From Alphaproteobacteria bacterium (GTDB lineage Bacteria; Pseudomonadota; Alphaproteobacteria; UBA7887), in contig CBDCGL010000011.1 of NCBI GenBank assembly GCA_965216755.1, positions 2,304,001-2,368,000 on the forward strand: a DNA stretch of 64,000 nucleotides, read 5' to 3'. Position 1 is the stretch's first letter; every line of letters begins with the position of its first letter. Below are positions 1-9,496 of the stretch, in pieces. The position numbers were made by a program, and so were the translations under genes. Under the pieces are notes generated by a model that was not told the origin of the DNA, made no database searches, and worked only from the letters and a program-made list of their open reading frames with translations.

Positions 1-120
1 CGCAACCGTTAACAATGCCACGAAGCCCTTGTCAATATTGCCGCGCAGCACCTTCGATCCCCCAAGGACAAAGGCCCCCGCCTGGTCCACGTCGGGGTCA
101 TTGTCGTTGAGCCATGTCAT
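1..120 (-). CDS. Possible 5' part of a gene running off the left edge (MTWLNDNDPDVDQAGAFVLGG...)
   Basis: ATG at 120 on the minus strand; 40 open codons to the window edge; divergent from dctQ. No family recognised. Confidence 0.3.
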   Translation of the reverse strand, partial: MTWLNDNDPDVDQAGAFVLGGSKVLRGNIDKGFVALLTVA

Positions 121-140
121 TTCATGTTGTTTTTGTGGCG

Positions 141-159
141 CGGCATTGAAACAATGCCG
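141..159. promoter_or_regulatory. Perfect 8-3-8 palindrome, candidate operator
   Basis: CGGCATTG-aaa-CAATGCCG about 100 bp upstream of dctQ. Confidence 0.3.
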
Positions 160-256
160 GCCCTTCGTGCGCATTCACGAGAGCACGCTGCCGGGCTTTC
201 AGAACAAGAACTAACGGAGCGCCCATGGTGCAGCTCGGCACACTCAAGGGGGGACA

Positions 257-937
257 ATGGAGTTACTGATTGCCGTCAGCCGCGGGCTGGATGCGTTCGT
301 AACACGCGTCGGCAAATGGGCAGCTTGGCTTCTTTTGCCGATGATGGCCGTGATCATCATTGACGTCATCACTCGCAAATTTGGCCTGCTGACCGTATTG
401 CGCGACGGCCTAACCACCAGCGGCGCGGACGGTTCGGCCAAATTCGTCGAAACCTATCTCACGTCTACCAAGTTCCAGGAGCTCGAATGGCACTTACACG
501 CGGCGCTGTTCTTGCTGTGTCTGGCATTCGGATACACAAAGAACTCGCACGTGCGAATTGAGATCGTGCGCGAGCGTTTCGATCGTCAGACCAAGGCGTG
601 GTTGGAGGTGATCGGCTGCGTGTTTTTTGTCGTCCCCTACGCCTCGTTGGTCCTCTATTTCGGCATGGACTTCGCCGAAAGGTCCTTTTCCATGAATGAG
701 GTTTCCTCGGCGCTGACCGGCCTCAGCCACCGTTGGATCATCAAGTCGTTTGTCCCCATCGGAATGGTCCTGCTGCTGATGGGCACGGTCGCGGTCTTGT
801 TGCGCAATTTGGTGTTTTTGTTCGGCCCCAAGAACCTGCAGGACGAAGCCTACAATATGGCAATGGAACTGCATCGCCCCGAAGACGAGCTGCGTATGGC
901 CAAAGAGGCGTTAGCCAACAGCAAGAAGGCGGAGTAG
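257..937 (+). CDS. dctQ: TRAP transporter small permease
   Basis: 4 TM segments, ELEWHL and HVRIE motifs, RBS GGGGGA, directly upstream of dctM. Confidence 0.92.
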   Translation: MELLIAVSRGLDAFVTRVGKWAAWLLLPMMAVIIIDVITRKFGLLTVLRDGLTTSGADGSAKFVETYLTSTKFQELEWHLHAALFLLCLAFGYTKNSHVRIEIVRERFDRQTKAWLEVIGCVFFVVPYASLVLYFGMDFAERSFSMNEVSSALTGLSHRWIIKSFVPIGMVLLLMGTVAVLLRNLVFLFGPKNLQDEAYNMAMELHRPEDELRMAKEALANSKKAE

Positions 938-941
938 CACC

Positions 942-2309
942 ATGGATTTCGTTGATCTTCTACCCGTCTTCATGTTCGCGACACTGGCAGTACTGCTTTT
1001 CAGCGGCTATCCGGTGGCTTGGATTCTGGGTGGCGCGGGCATCGGATTCGGTTTTATCGGCCTGTATTTCGATGTCTTCTCGTTCATTGAGTTCTTCAAC
1101 ATCATATCGCGCATATGGGGTAGCGCGGCGGAAAGCCTAATCCTTGTCGCAGTGCCCATGTTCATTTTTATGGGCACAATGTTGGAACGGTCGGGCGTCG
1201 CCAATGACCTGCTCCACTGCCTGCAGGTCTTGCTGCGTCGCGTGCCGGGCGGCTTGGCGTTGTCTGTGACGATCATGGGCACGATCATGGCCGCGACGAC
1301 CGGCATTATCGGTGCATCCGTCGTTATGATGACGCTGCTGGCACTGCCGATCATGATCGATCGCGACTACTATGTGCCGCTCGCCACCGGAACCATCGCC
1401 GCGTCCGGTACCCTCGGTATTTTGATACCGCCAAGCATCATGCTGGTGATTATGGCCGACCTCTTGTCGATCTCGGTCGGCACGTTGTTCCTGGCCGCGA
1501 TCTTGCCAGGGCTGGTGCTGTCCGGTTTGTACTTGGTCTACATATTCTTGCGCACGCGCATCAATCCGCAATTGGCACCGCCTCTGCCAGGAAATATCGG
1601 GCCCGAGAGCCGCGCGGCACTTTTCACCATGGTGATGCGCAGTTTCGTGCCGCCGATTATGTTGATCGTTTTCGTGCTGGGTTCAATTTTCGCCGGGTGG
1701 GCAACACCGACCGAGGCTGCCGGGGTTGGCGCTTTGGGGGCTGTGCTGCTGGCGATATTCAATCGGAAATTGAATTTCCCAGTGTTGAAGGATGTGTTGG
1801 AACGCTCGGCGCTGACCGTCGCCATGATTTTCGGCATTTTCATCGGCGCGACCTGTTTCTCATACGTCTATCGGTCGCTCGGCGGCGATGACCTTGTCCA
1901 TGAATTCGTCACCCATATCGGCTTGGGCTCTTGGGGTCTGCTGTTCTTGATGATGGGCATGGTGTTCGCGCTCGGCTTTTTCTTCGATTGGATCGAAATC
2001 ACGCTGATCGTTCTTCCGCTTTTCGCACCGATCATGCGGACGATGGATTTCGGTAATCATATCCCCTTTGCCGTCGATATCGTGCCGTGGATCGCCATCC
2101 TGCTGGCTGTTAACCTGCAGACATCTTTTTTGACGCCCCCATTCGGTTTTGCGTTGTTCTATATGAAAGGTGTCGCACCACCGATGGTCAAGATGCAGCA
2201 GATTTATCGGGGCATCATTCCATTTGTGGCACTGCAGCTGCTTGGCCTGGCCGCGGTAATCATTTTCCCCGCCCTGGCGCTGTGGTTGCCGCACGTGATG
2301 CTGGATTGA
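942..2309 (+). CDS. dctM: TRAP transporter large permease
   Basis: Highly hydrophobic; GTLGILIPPS, TPTEAA and SFLTPPFG motifs. Confidence 0.95.
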   Translation: MDFVDLLPVFMFATLAVLLFSGYPVAWILGGAGIGFGFIGLYFDVFSFIEFFNIISRIWGSAAESLILVAVPMFIFMGTMLERSGVANDLLHCLQVLLRRVPGGLALSVTIMGTIMAATTGIIGASVVMMTLLALPIMIDRDYYVPLATGTIAASGTLGILIPPSIMLVIMADLLSISVGTLFLAAILPGLVLSGLYLVYIFLRTRINPQLAPPLPGNIGPESRAALFTMVMRSFVPPIMLIVFVLGSIFAGWATPTEAAGVGALGAVLLAIFNRKLNFPVLKDVLERSALTVAMIFGIFIGATCFSYVYRSLGGDDLVHEFVTHIGLGSWGLLFLMMGMVFALGFFFDWIEITLIVLPLFAPIMRTMDFGNHIPFAVDIVPWIAILLAVNLQTSFLTPPFGFALFYMKGVAPPMVKMQQIYRGIIPFVALQLLGLAAVIIFPALALWLPHVMLD

Positions 2310-2353
2310 ACGCCAGGCGATGGACCCAGCATTACGACCATGTGGGGCGCGGC

Positions 2354-3139
2354 CTAGGTTGTTTCGGACCGTTGTTCGAGAGCTTGTTGAACCAAGCGCG
2401 CTTGGTCGTCGACTGAAATGTCCGCCACCGACGGCACCTCGAACTTGCGATCTTCGTAGACGACCGCGTCCGGATTGCCGGCCTGCCAAACTTGGGCGGC
2501 GTCATCGCGTTCCTTGAGCAGCCATTCGATTTGCGGTCGGAACAGCCGCAGCATGGCCGTAACCCAGCGATTCGCCGGCCAAGACGGCACCGCATGGTCG
2601 ATGACGAATAGATCGATCAAGCGGCAGACATCGTCAGCCTTGTACCAAGATTCGCCGGTGACCCAGCGATTGGTCGTGAATATCCGAAACGGGTAGCCCG
2701 CGTTGTCCATCGAAATGCCGATGATATGGCTGAGCGCGTCCTTTCCAATCGGCCGTTTGACCGACTCGGGCATGTCAACCGGGCACATCGTCTCCGGCAT
2801 GCCCTTGACCCGCACAAATGTATGGAAATGGCCGTGCTCCGTGCCCCGCAATCCCTGTTTGTGCGCATGATAGTAATATTGGGCATGCGTATCGCGGTCG
2901 TACACGTCACCTTTGGGATAGTGATTCCATTCGGTAAACGTGCCCTGCCCACGCAGCAATTCGCCAACCACATTGGACCCGCCCTTGGTCAGCACACGGT
3001 AGCATTCGGCTATTTCGGCCGCGGCCGCGGCCATCTCTTCGAGCCGCTCGGTCGGTAGAGCCGTGGGCGGCAACGGCCCGCTCGCTGCCTCGCGGCGAAC
3101 CAGTGATTTCTGCAATGCTTCAACATCCAAATTCACCAT
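2354..3139 (-). CDS. Conserved hypothetical protein with His-rich metal-binding motifs (DUF6969-like)
   Basis: HYPKGDVYD, QYYYHAH, EHGHFHTF and FTTNRWVTGE motifs. ATG at 3139 is preceded by GGAG; alternative GTG at 3154. Family name from memory. Confidence 0.75.
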   Translation of the reverse strand: MVNLDVEALQKSLVRREAASGPLPPTALPTERLEEMAAAAAEIAECYRVLTKGGSNVVGELLRGQGTFTEWNHYPKGDVYDRDTHAQYYYHAHKQGLRGTEHGHFHTFVRVKGMPETMCPVDMPESVKRPIGKDALSHIIGISMDNAGYPFRIFTTNRWVTGESWYKADDVCRLIDLFVIDHAVPSWPANRWVTAMLRLFRPQIEWLLKERDDAAQVWQAGNPDAVVYEDRKFEVPSVADISVDDQARLVQQALEQRSETT

Positions 3140-3165
3140 GACCGCAATCTCCACATTTCAGGCGC

Positions 3166-3330
3166 TAGAGAAGTGTCCGACAATCTTGAACCATTCTGCC
3201 AGAGCGCATTTTCGTCAAGATCAAGTCACTGTCCGGAGGGCGTATCAGAAATACGGCTAAGAACATCGCCGTCGAGATTGTCACAAAATCGCTCCGGCAG
3301 AATGGTTCAATATGGTCGGAAAGTGCTCTA
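3166..3330. mobile_element. 165-bp MITE-like palindromic element (TAGAG...CTCTA)
   Basis: Left arm TAGAGAAGTGTCCGACAATCTTGAACCATTCTGCCAGAGCG; reverse complement of right arm TAGAGCACTTTCCGACCATATTGAACCATTCTGCCGGAGCG. TA at both ends. Confidence 0.75.
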
Positions 3331-4188
3331 ATTTGTGGGCTCGCGTACCAAACGGAAGCCTATCAAGATGTGCTTGATATCGGCCGGGCGCGAATGCCGC
3401 GCCGCCGGCCGACAAACGCCGCAGCCTCGGTCGTCCCAAGAGCCTCCTTTGACAATGTAGCGGCCATTTTGGCCAGGCGTCACTGTCCACTCGAACACTT
3501 GCCCAGCCATGTCCAGGGCCCCGAACGGGCTTACGCCGCGCGGGAATCGGCCGACGGGCGTGGTCGCGAACGGACCCAAATCATGGCTGTTCAGCCGCAT
3601 CGGGTCGAATTCGTTGCCCCAGGGAAACCACCGACCATCGGCGCCACGTGCGGCTTTTTCCCATTCCAACTCGGTCGGCAGACGCCAGGTCTGAGCCGTC
3701 CGCTCACTCAGCCACCCGGCATAGGCGTGCGCATCGGCGATAGTCACCAACACCACGGGATGGTCATCGCGCCCTGGTGGCGGGCCGCCTTGCCAGCGAT
3801 ATGGTGCTGTCCGTTCATAGGGGTGGATCAGCCGATAAGACGCCCATGTCTCAGGGTCAACATCCGGCTCTTGCCGCCAGTGCCCAAGAACCGCAGCCTC
3901 ATATTGTGCGTTGGTGATCGGCGTTCTGGTAATCCAAAAACCACCTGTTTCATGGATTTCGCGTGGTCGCTCGCGATCGTACCAACCGCGTTCGCGGGTG
4001 CGACTGTGGCCGTATGCCGCCTCGTCCAATTGGTAGGCCGCCTCGCGCTCCGCCGAATCGGAACCGGCGAAAAACGGCCCCGCCGGTACCCAGACGACAT
4101 CGGGAATAACGACATCGTCCGCAACAACGCAGGCGCCCGTGAACGTGGCCCCCAACACCAAAACAGCTCCAGCGATCAAATCGCGCAT
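3328..4188 (-). CDS. Formylglycine-generating enzyme (SUMF1/FGE-sulfatase) family protein, probably exported
   Basis: HPVVLV, RLPTELEWEKAARG, DMAGQVFEW, KGGSW..CGVCRPAAR and IGFRLV motifs. Hydrophobic N-terminus with a possible lipobox FTGA-C from ATG 4188. Confidence 0.9.
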   Translation of the reverse strand: MRDLIAGAVLVLGATFTGACVVADDVVIPDVVWVPAGPFFAGSDSAEREAAYQLDEAAYGHSRTRERGWYDRERPREIHETGGFWITRTPITNAQYEAAVLGHWRQEPDVDPETWASYRLIHPYERTAPYRWQGGPPPGRDDHPVVLVTIADAHAYAGWLSERTAQTWRLPTELEWEKAARGADGRWFPWGNEFDPMRLNSHDLGPFATTPVGRFPRGVSPFGALDMAGQVFEWTVTPGQNGRYIVKGGSWDDRGCGVCRPAARHSRPADIKHILIGFRLVREPTN

Positions 4189-4354
4189 TCGCAAATGTCC
4201 GGAATTGCCTTCCTCACCCGCATTAGATAGCCATTTTGTCATGGGCCATGTGTATAGCTGACGCAATTGTGATAACGATAAATGTTGTTCGTTGTTCGCG
4301 TAACACGTTCAATAAGAAACTGAAAACGACCTATAGACCGAGTGGAGGAAAAGC

Positions 4355-4612
4355 ATGAAACCGATCCTGAAGAGCACCCGCACCCGTCTTCTTTCCAGCA
4401 CCGTCGTGATTGCTGCCGCATTGGCAATGGCGCAGCCGGCCGCTGCCCAATGCAACGCCTGCAATCCGTGCGGTGCCGAAGCCGCGTGTAGTGCCTGCAA
4501 TCCTTGCAATCCCTGCGCCGCAGCCGCGTGCAATCCTTGCAATCCCTGCGCCGCAGCCGCGTGCAATCCTTGCAATCCCTGCAGTGCATGCAATCCTTGC
4601 AGCGCTGAATAA
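4355..4612 (+). CDS. Secreted cysteine-rich repeat peptide (CNPC repeats)
   Basis: GGAGG RBS; 31-aa signal peptide ending AQPAAA; 54-aa mature part with 15 Cys in CxxC spacing; followed by an intrinsic terminator. Confidence 0.85.
   Translation: MKPILKSTRTRLLSSTVVIAAALAMAQPAAAQCNACNPCGAEAACSACNPCNPCAAAACNPCNPCAAAACNPCNPCSACNPCSAE
4496..4582 (+). repeat. Perfect 33-bp tandem repeat (about 2.6 copies) encoding [11 protein letters not shown]
   Basis: TGCAATCCTTGCAATCCCTGCGCCGCAGCCGCG at 4496 and 4529; partial copy at 4562. Confidence 0.95.
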
Positions 4613-4635
4613 GGATCTGTGATAGGTTCAAGAAC

Positions 4636-4665
4636 TGCCTTGGCCAAGGCCAAGGCATTTTTTTT
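4636..4665 (+). terminator. Rho-independent terminator of the Cys-rich peptide gene
   Basis: TGCCTTGGCC-aa-GGCCAAGGCA hairpin followed by T8. Confidence 0.9.
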
Positions 4666-4728
4666 GTCAGCATTGTTTGGACCCGCCGACAGGCAAACGA
4701 TCATCGTTGGGATTAGGCACCACCAACC

Positions 4729-5229
4729 ATGACCTTGACCGACACCGTACCGCCAAGGCGTTCAGCAATACCCAGTGGTACACTAAGATATTTCTTGGCG
4801 ATAGTTTGGCTATTCGCCTGGACCGTCGGCGTTGCACGTGCCGATGGCGAGGTCGGCTCCGAAATCAGCGCCCCCGATGCGCTTGCCTTGGTGGAAAGAA
4901 ACGATCTTACGATCATCGACGTCCGCCGGCCTTCGGAGTGGCGCGACACGGGCCTGCCAGTCGGCGCCGTCGGCATCAGCATCCACAATATGATCTACCT
5001 GGAACGCAGTGCTTTCATCGACGATGTCCGCGACGCGGTCGGCGGCCAGACCAACCGACCCATTGCTGTGATTTGTGCGGCCGGGGTGCGTTCGGCGCGT
5101 GCCCAAGAGCTGTTGAGAGAAGCCGGATTTACTGCCGTCGTCGACATCAACGAAGGCATGCTCGGCAATGGTCATGCCCCGGGTTGGATGGCCCGGGCCC
5201 TGCCGACGGTCCCTTGCCCGAATTGCTAA
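4729..5229 (+). CDS. Rhodanese-like domain protein with signal peptide
   Basis: IIDVRRPSEW; active-site loop ICAAGVRS; hydrophobic N-terminus ending ARA; C-terminal CPNC. Confidence 0.88.
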   Translation: MTLTDTVPPRRSAIPSGTLRYFLAIVWLFAWTVGVARADGEVGSEISAPDALALVERNDLTIIDVRRPSEWRDTGLPVGAVGISIHNMIYLERSAFIDDVRDAVGGQTNRPIAVICAAGVRSARAQELLREAGFTAVVDINEGMLGNGHAPGWMARALPTVPCPNC

Positions 5230-5320
5230 CGCGTGGCGCAGATCAACCCTGAGTCGGTACTTCCCATTCGGCCCGGGACAGGATCATGGGTCAATACATA
5301 ACCGTTTCGGTGCCAAAAGG

Positions 5321-5334
5321 TTGATCGCCATCGC
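5321..5334 (+). promoter_or_regulatory. Possible FNR/FixK-type box upstream of cytochrome c2
   Basis: TTGAT-cgcc-ATCGC matches TTGAT-N4-ATCAA at 8 of 10 positions, 100 bp before the ATG. Confidence 0.3.
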
Positions 5335-5433
5335 GCGGATCACTAGATTACGGGGCGTCATCGCCCATCCACCCCGCGGCCGCGAGGCGGGCGCACGGCT
5401 CAAAGAAGAATGGTACCGGAGAGGACTAAACTC

Positions 5434-5820
5434 ATGAAATACCGCGACCTGCTTGTCGCTGCCGGTTTTGGCGTGATCGCCGCAGCGGTTTCGATGCCGG
5501 CCTTGGCGCAAGGTGATGCCGAAGCCGGTAAGAAAGTCTTCAATAAATGCAAGGCCTGCCACACCCTTGAGGCAGACGGCAAGAACAAAGTTGGCCCCAA
5601 TCTGCATGGCATTTTTGGTCGCACGGCGGGGGCCGCCGAAGGCTTTAAATACTCTGCTGCAATGCAGGAATCGGGTATTGAGTGGAACGACGAAACAATC
5701 GCTGGGTATTTGGCAAATCCGAAGGAATACTTGCCGAAGAACAAGATGGCCTTCCCAGGCTTGAAAAAAGAAGACGATCTCGCAAACGTGATTGCGTATT
5801 TGAAAGAGAACACCCAGTAA
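5434..5820 (+). CDS. Class I cytochrome c (c2/c550 type)
   Basis: Signal peptide, CKACH haem motif, GPNLHG, axial Met in KNKMAF, RBS GAGGA. Confidence 0.95.
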   Translation: MKYRDLLVAAGFGVIAAAVSMPALAQGDAEAGKKVFNKCKACHTLEADGKNKVGPNLHGIFGRTAGAAEGFKYSAAMQESGIEWNDETIAGYLANPKEYLPKNKMAFPGLKKEDDLANVIAYLKENTQ

Positions 5821-5847
5821 AGCCAGGGGCAAGATCTCCGTTTTTTG

Positions 5848-5875
5848 GAAGGCCGGAACGCCCGTTCCGGCCTTC
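5848..5875 (+). terminator. GC-rich hairpin after cytochrome c, probable terminator
   Basis: GAAGGCCGGAACG-cc-CGTTCCGGCCTTC; weak U-tract. Confidence 0.6.
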
Positions 5876-5964
5876 GTCGTTTGGGCCGTCCGCCTGGGTC
5901 GCACGTTGACCATTCCTGAACTGGCGTGGCAAGTTGGCATTCGTCATATCGGGGAGAGGGACCC

Positions 5965-6561
5965 ATGGAACTCACCGGACGCTATCAAATTCCGGTGCCG
6001 CGTGCGCAGGTCTGGCAAGCCCTCAATGATCCAGACACTTTGCGCGCATGCCTGCCCGGCGTTGAAAGCTTGGAGAAGGTGTCGGAAACCGAATTCGCCG
6101 CGACGGTTGCCGCCAAGGTTGGCCCTGTTAAGGCGAGGTTTTCGGGTCGTGTCACGCTGCACGATCTGGATCCACCAAACAGCTACACGATCAAGGGCGA
6201 AGGCCAAGGTGGAGTCGCCGGTTTCGCGAAAGGCAGCGCCGATGTCGCGCTGGCAGATGCAACCGACGCCGACGGTGGCGGCACGGTACTGAGCTATGTC
6301 GCCGATGCCCAAGTCGGTGGCAAGTTGGCGCAGATCGGCTCGCGCTTGGTCGCTGGAACCGCCAAGAAGATGGCCGATGAATTCTTCGGCGCCCTTGTCG
6401 ACCATATCGCCCCGGCCGCCAGCGCTGCGGATGCCGCGACAGGACAGGTCGGCGCACTCTCCACGCCGCCAAGCGCCGCGCGCTGGACCGCGCCCCCCTG
6501 GCTCTGGGTAAGTGGTCTGATCTTGCTCGTGGCCGCGATCTTGGCGCTGATCGCCGCTTGA
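5965..6561 (+). CDS. coxG: CoxG (SRPBCC) protein with C-terminal membrane anchor
   Basis: VWQALNDP...CLPG, VGGKLAQIGSRL, C-terminal TM helix. Confidence 0.92.
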   Translation: MELTGRYQIPVPRAQVWQALNDPDTLRACLPGVESLEKVSETEFAATVAAKVGPVKARFSGRVTLHDLDPPNSYTIKGEGQGGVAGFAKGSADVALADATDADGGGTVLSYVADAQVGGKLAQIGSRLVAGTAKKMADEFFGALVDHIAPAASAADAATGQVGALSTPPSAARWTAPPWLWVSGLILLVAAILALIAA

Positions 6562-6644
6562 CCTGATGCCTTTGCGGCCACAGACTTATCAACAAATACG
6601 CCGTGCTCGCGCGTCCGAGCTATTTACATAGGGAGGCAATAATT

Positions 6645-7115
6645 ATGGCCATCACCGTATCGATGACGGTGAACGGCAAGGCCGTGTCGGCAGACGTCGA
6701 AAGCCGAACCTTGCTGGTTCACTATTTGCGCGATCATTTGGGCCTGACGGGAACGCATGTCGGCTGCGATACCAGTCAATGTGGTGCGTGCGTCGTGCAT
6801 GTGGACGGCAAAGCTGTCAAATCCTGCACCATGCTCGCGATCCAGGCCCAAGGCGCCGGCGTTGTTACAATCGAAGGTTTGGCGGATGGCGACCAATTGC
6901 ATCCCATGCAAGCTGCGTTTCGCGAGCATCACGCGCTGCAATGCGGGTTTTGTACGCCAGGGATGGTGATGAGCGCCGTTGACCTGGTGACACGCCACCC
7001 AAATCCGAGCGAAGAGACAGTGCGTGAAGGCCTTGAAGGCAATCTGTGCCGCTGCACCGGCTATCACAATATCGTCAAGGCGATCCAGACCGGCGCCAAG
7101 GCTATGGGAGGTTGA
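6645..7115 (+). CDS. coxS: Mo-hydroxylase / CO dehydrogenase-like small (2Fe-2S) subunit
   Basis: [18 protein letters not shown] and NLCRCTGY motifs. Confidence 0.95.
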   Translation: MAITVSMTVNGKAVSADVESRTLLVHYLRDHLGLTGTHVGCDTSQCGACVVHVDGKAVKSCTMLAIQAQGAGVVTIEGLADGDQLHPMQAAFREHHALQCGFCTPGMVMSAVDLVTRHPNPSEETVREGLEGNLCRCTGYHNIVKAIQTGAKAMGG

Positions 7116-7119
7116 GGCG

Positions 7120-9480
7120 ATGACCGAGCATGGAGTCGGCGCGCGGGTCGCGCGCAAAGAAGATCGGCGGTTCTTGCGTGGCGCGGGCCGCTATGTGGAC
7201 GACATTAATCGGCCGGGCCAAGCCCATGCCTGGATTGTCCGCTCGCCACACGCGCACGCCACACTGAACGGAATCGACACCGCCGCCGCCAAAGTGGCGC
7301 CCGGGGTGATGGCTGTCTTCACCGGCGACGACCTGGCGGCTGCGGGCGTTGGTGGCCTGCCTTGCGGATGGCAAATCCACAGCAAAGACGGCGCCCCAAT
7401 GGCCGAGCCGGCGCACCCGGTGTTGGCCCAAGGCAAGGTCCGCCATGTCGGCGATCCGGTCGCGGTGGTGATCGCGGAAACGCGCTCGCAAGCCCGCGAC
7501 GCAGCCGAGCAGGTCGCGGTCGACTATGGTCCACTGCCGGGCGCGGTCAACACCGCCACGGCGTTCGCCGATGGCCAACCGCAGGTGCACGACGAAGCCG
7601 CCAACAACACTTGCTACGACTGGGAATTCGGCGACAAAGCGGCCACCGATGCCGCCTTCGCCAATGCCCACAAGGTCGCCAAACTCGACTTGATCAATCA
7701 ACGTTTGGTGCCCAACGCCATCGAACCGCGGGCTGCAATTGGCGAATACGACAGCGCCGACGATCGCTATACCCTCTATACCACCAGCCAAAACCCACAC
7801 GTGATCCGGCTTCTCATGTGTACGGCGGTGCTGGGCCTGCCGGAAACCAAAGTACGCGTCGTATCGCCGGACGTCGGCGGCGGGTTTGGTTCGAAGATCT
7901 ATCACTATGCCGAAGAAGCGATCGTCACCTGGGCAACGCGCCAAATCGGCCGGCCGGTGAAATGGACCGCGGATCGCACCGAGTCATTTATTAGCGATGC
8001 ACAAGGCCGCGACCACGTGACCCATGCGGAAATGGCCCTCGACGCCGAGGGAAAGTTTCTCGGCATGCGGGTCTCCACGGTGGCCAATCTCGGCGCCTAT
8101 TTGTCGACCTTCTCGTCGGCGATCCCGACCTATTTCCACGCGCCGCTGTTGGCCGGAGTCTATACCACGCCGGCGATCTATATCGAAGTTCGCGGTGTGT
8201 TCACGCACACGGTCCCGGTGGACGCGTATCGTGGCGCTGGCCGGCCGGAGGCCTGCTATCTGATCGAACGCATGGCCGATGTGGCCGCGCGGGAAATGGG
8301 CCTCAGCCCAGCCGAAATCCGTCGCCGCAATATGATCCAAGAGTCCCAACAGCCCTACGCCACGCCGATCGCCATGGTCTATGACGGCGGCGACTACGGG
8401 AAGAACATGGCCGATGCGCTGAAGGCCGCCGATGCGGACGGTTTGGCGGCCCGCAAAACGGCATCCGAAGCAGCCGGCAAGCTGCGAGGGCTCGGCCTGG
8501 CCTGTTATATCGAAGCCTGTGGCGCGGCCCCTTCGGCCGTCGCCGGCCAATTGGGCGCGCGCGCCGGCCTATATGAGATGGCGACCGTGCGGGTCAACCC
8601 CAGCGGCTCGATATCGGTGATCACCGGCACCCACAGCCATGGTCAAGGCCACGAAACCACTTTTGCCCAACTCGTCGCCGATCGCCTGTCGGTTCCCTTG
8701 GAGCAGATCGAAGTCGTCCATGGCGATACCGACAAAATCCCGTTCGGCATGGGCACATATGGGTCGCGCTCGCTGCCGGTGGGCGGCACCGCCCTGGTCA
8801 ATTCGATCGACAAAGTGATCGAAAAGGGCAAGAAGATCGCGGCGCATATTTTGGAAGCGGCGGCCGAAGATATCGAGTTTTCCCAGGGTAGTTTTGCCGT
8901 CAAGGGCACCGATCGCGCGCTAGCATTTGCCGAGGTCGCAGGCGCCGCCTACGTGCCACACAACTATCCGCTTGAAACGCTTGAACCGGGCTTGGAGGAG
9001 ACATCCTATTTCGATCCGCCGAATTTCACCTTCCCAAGTGGATGCTATGTGTGCGAGGTCGAAATCGACAAGGCAACGGGCGCGGTCTCGATCGACCGAT
9101 TTACGGCCGTCGATGATTTCGGCGTTGTCATCAACCCGACCATTGTCGAAGGCCAAGTGCATGGCGGCTTGGTGCAGGGCATCGGGCAAGCCTTGTACGA
9201 ACATTGCGTCTACGACGATAGCGGACAGTTGATCAGCGGTAGCTACATGGACTACTGCATGCCGAAGGCCGATGGCGTGCCAAGTTTCGCGGTCAGCACC
9301 AATGTCTCGCCCAGCCCAACCAATCCGTTGGGTGTGCGCGGTTGCGGCGAGGCTGGCGCGATCGGCGCGCCACCCGCCGTGATCAACGCCATTGTCGACG
9401 CGCTCAGCGCGTATGGCGTCAGCCATATCGATATGCCAGCGACCCCGGAAAAAATCTGGCGCTTGATTCAAGCGGCTTAA
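7120..9480 (+). CDS. coxL: Mo-hydroxylase large subunit, form II CoxL-like
   Basis: [16 protein letters not shown] (form II signature), HGQGHET and GEAG motifs. Confidence 0.92.
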   Translation: MTEHGVGARVARKEDRRFLRGAGRYVDDINRPGQAHAWIVRSPHAHATLNGIDTAAAKVAPGVMAVFTGDDLAAAGVGGLPCGWQIHSKDGAPMAEPAHPVLAQGKVRHVGDPVAVVIAETRSQARDAAEQVAVDYGPLPGAVNTATAFADGQPQVHDEAANNTCYDWEFGDKAATDAAFANAHKVAKLDLINQRLVPNAIEPRAAIGEYDSADDRYTLYTTSQNPHVIRLLMCTAVLGLPETKVRVVSPDVGGGFGSKIYHYAEEAIVTWATRQIGRPVKWTADRTESFISDAQGRDHVTHAEMALDAEGKFLGMRVSTVANLGAYLSTFSSAIPTYFHAPLLAGVYTTPAIYIEVRGVFTHTVPVDAYRGAGRPEACYLIERMADVAAREMGLSPAEIRRRNMIQESQQPYATPIAMVYDGGDYGKNMADALKAADADGLAARKTASEAAGKLRGLGLACYIEACGAAPSAVAGQLGARAGLYEMATVRVNPSGSISVITGTHSHGQGHETTFAQLVADRLSVPLEQIEVVHGDTDKIPFGMGTYGSRSLPVGGTALVNSIDKVIEKGKKIAAHILEAAAEDIEFSQGSFAVKGTDRALAFAEVAGAAYVPHNYPLETLEPGLEETSYFDPPNFTFPSGCYVCEVEIDKATGAVSIDRFTAVDDFGVVINPTIVEGQVHGGLVQGIGQALYEHCVYDDSGQLISGSYMDYCMPKADGVPSFAVSTNVSPSPTNPLGVRGCGEAGAIGAPPAVINAIVDALSAYGVSHIDMPATPEKIWRLIQAA

Positions 9481-9496
9481 GATCGGAGGCAGAACA

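Noticed and set aside
135-150. Sigma-54 promoter upstream of dctQ (TGGCGCGGCATTGA)
   Set aside because: GG-N10-GC spacing is not met.
4239-4704. Minus-strand repeat ORFs ([11 protein letters not shown]; RDCKDC)
   Set aside because: These are antisense shadows of the Cys peptide repeat. RBS, signal peptide and terminator polarity all support the plus-strand ORF.
7120-9480. Bona fide (form I) aerobic CO dehydrogenase
   Set aside because: It lacks the AYxCSFR Cu-binding motif and has S-L-M rather than M-S-L order.
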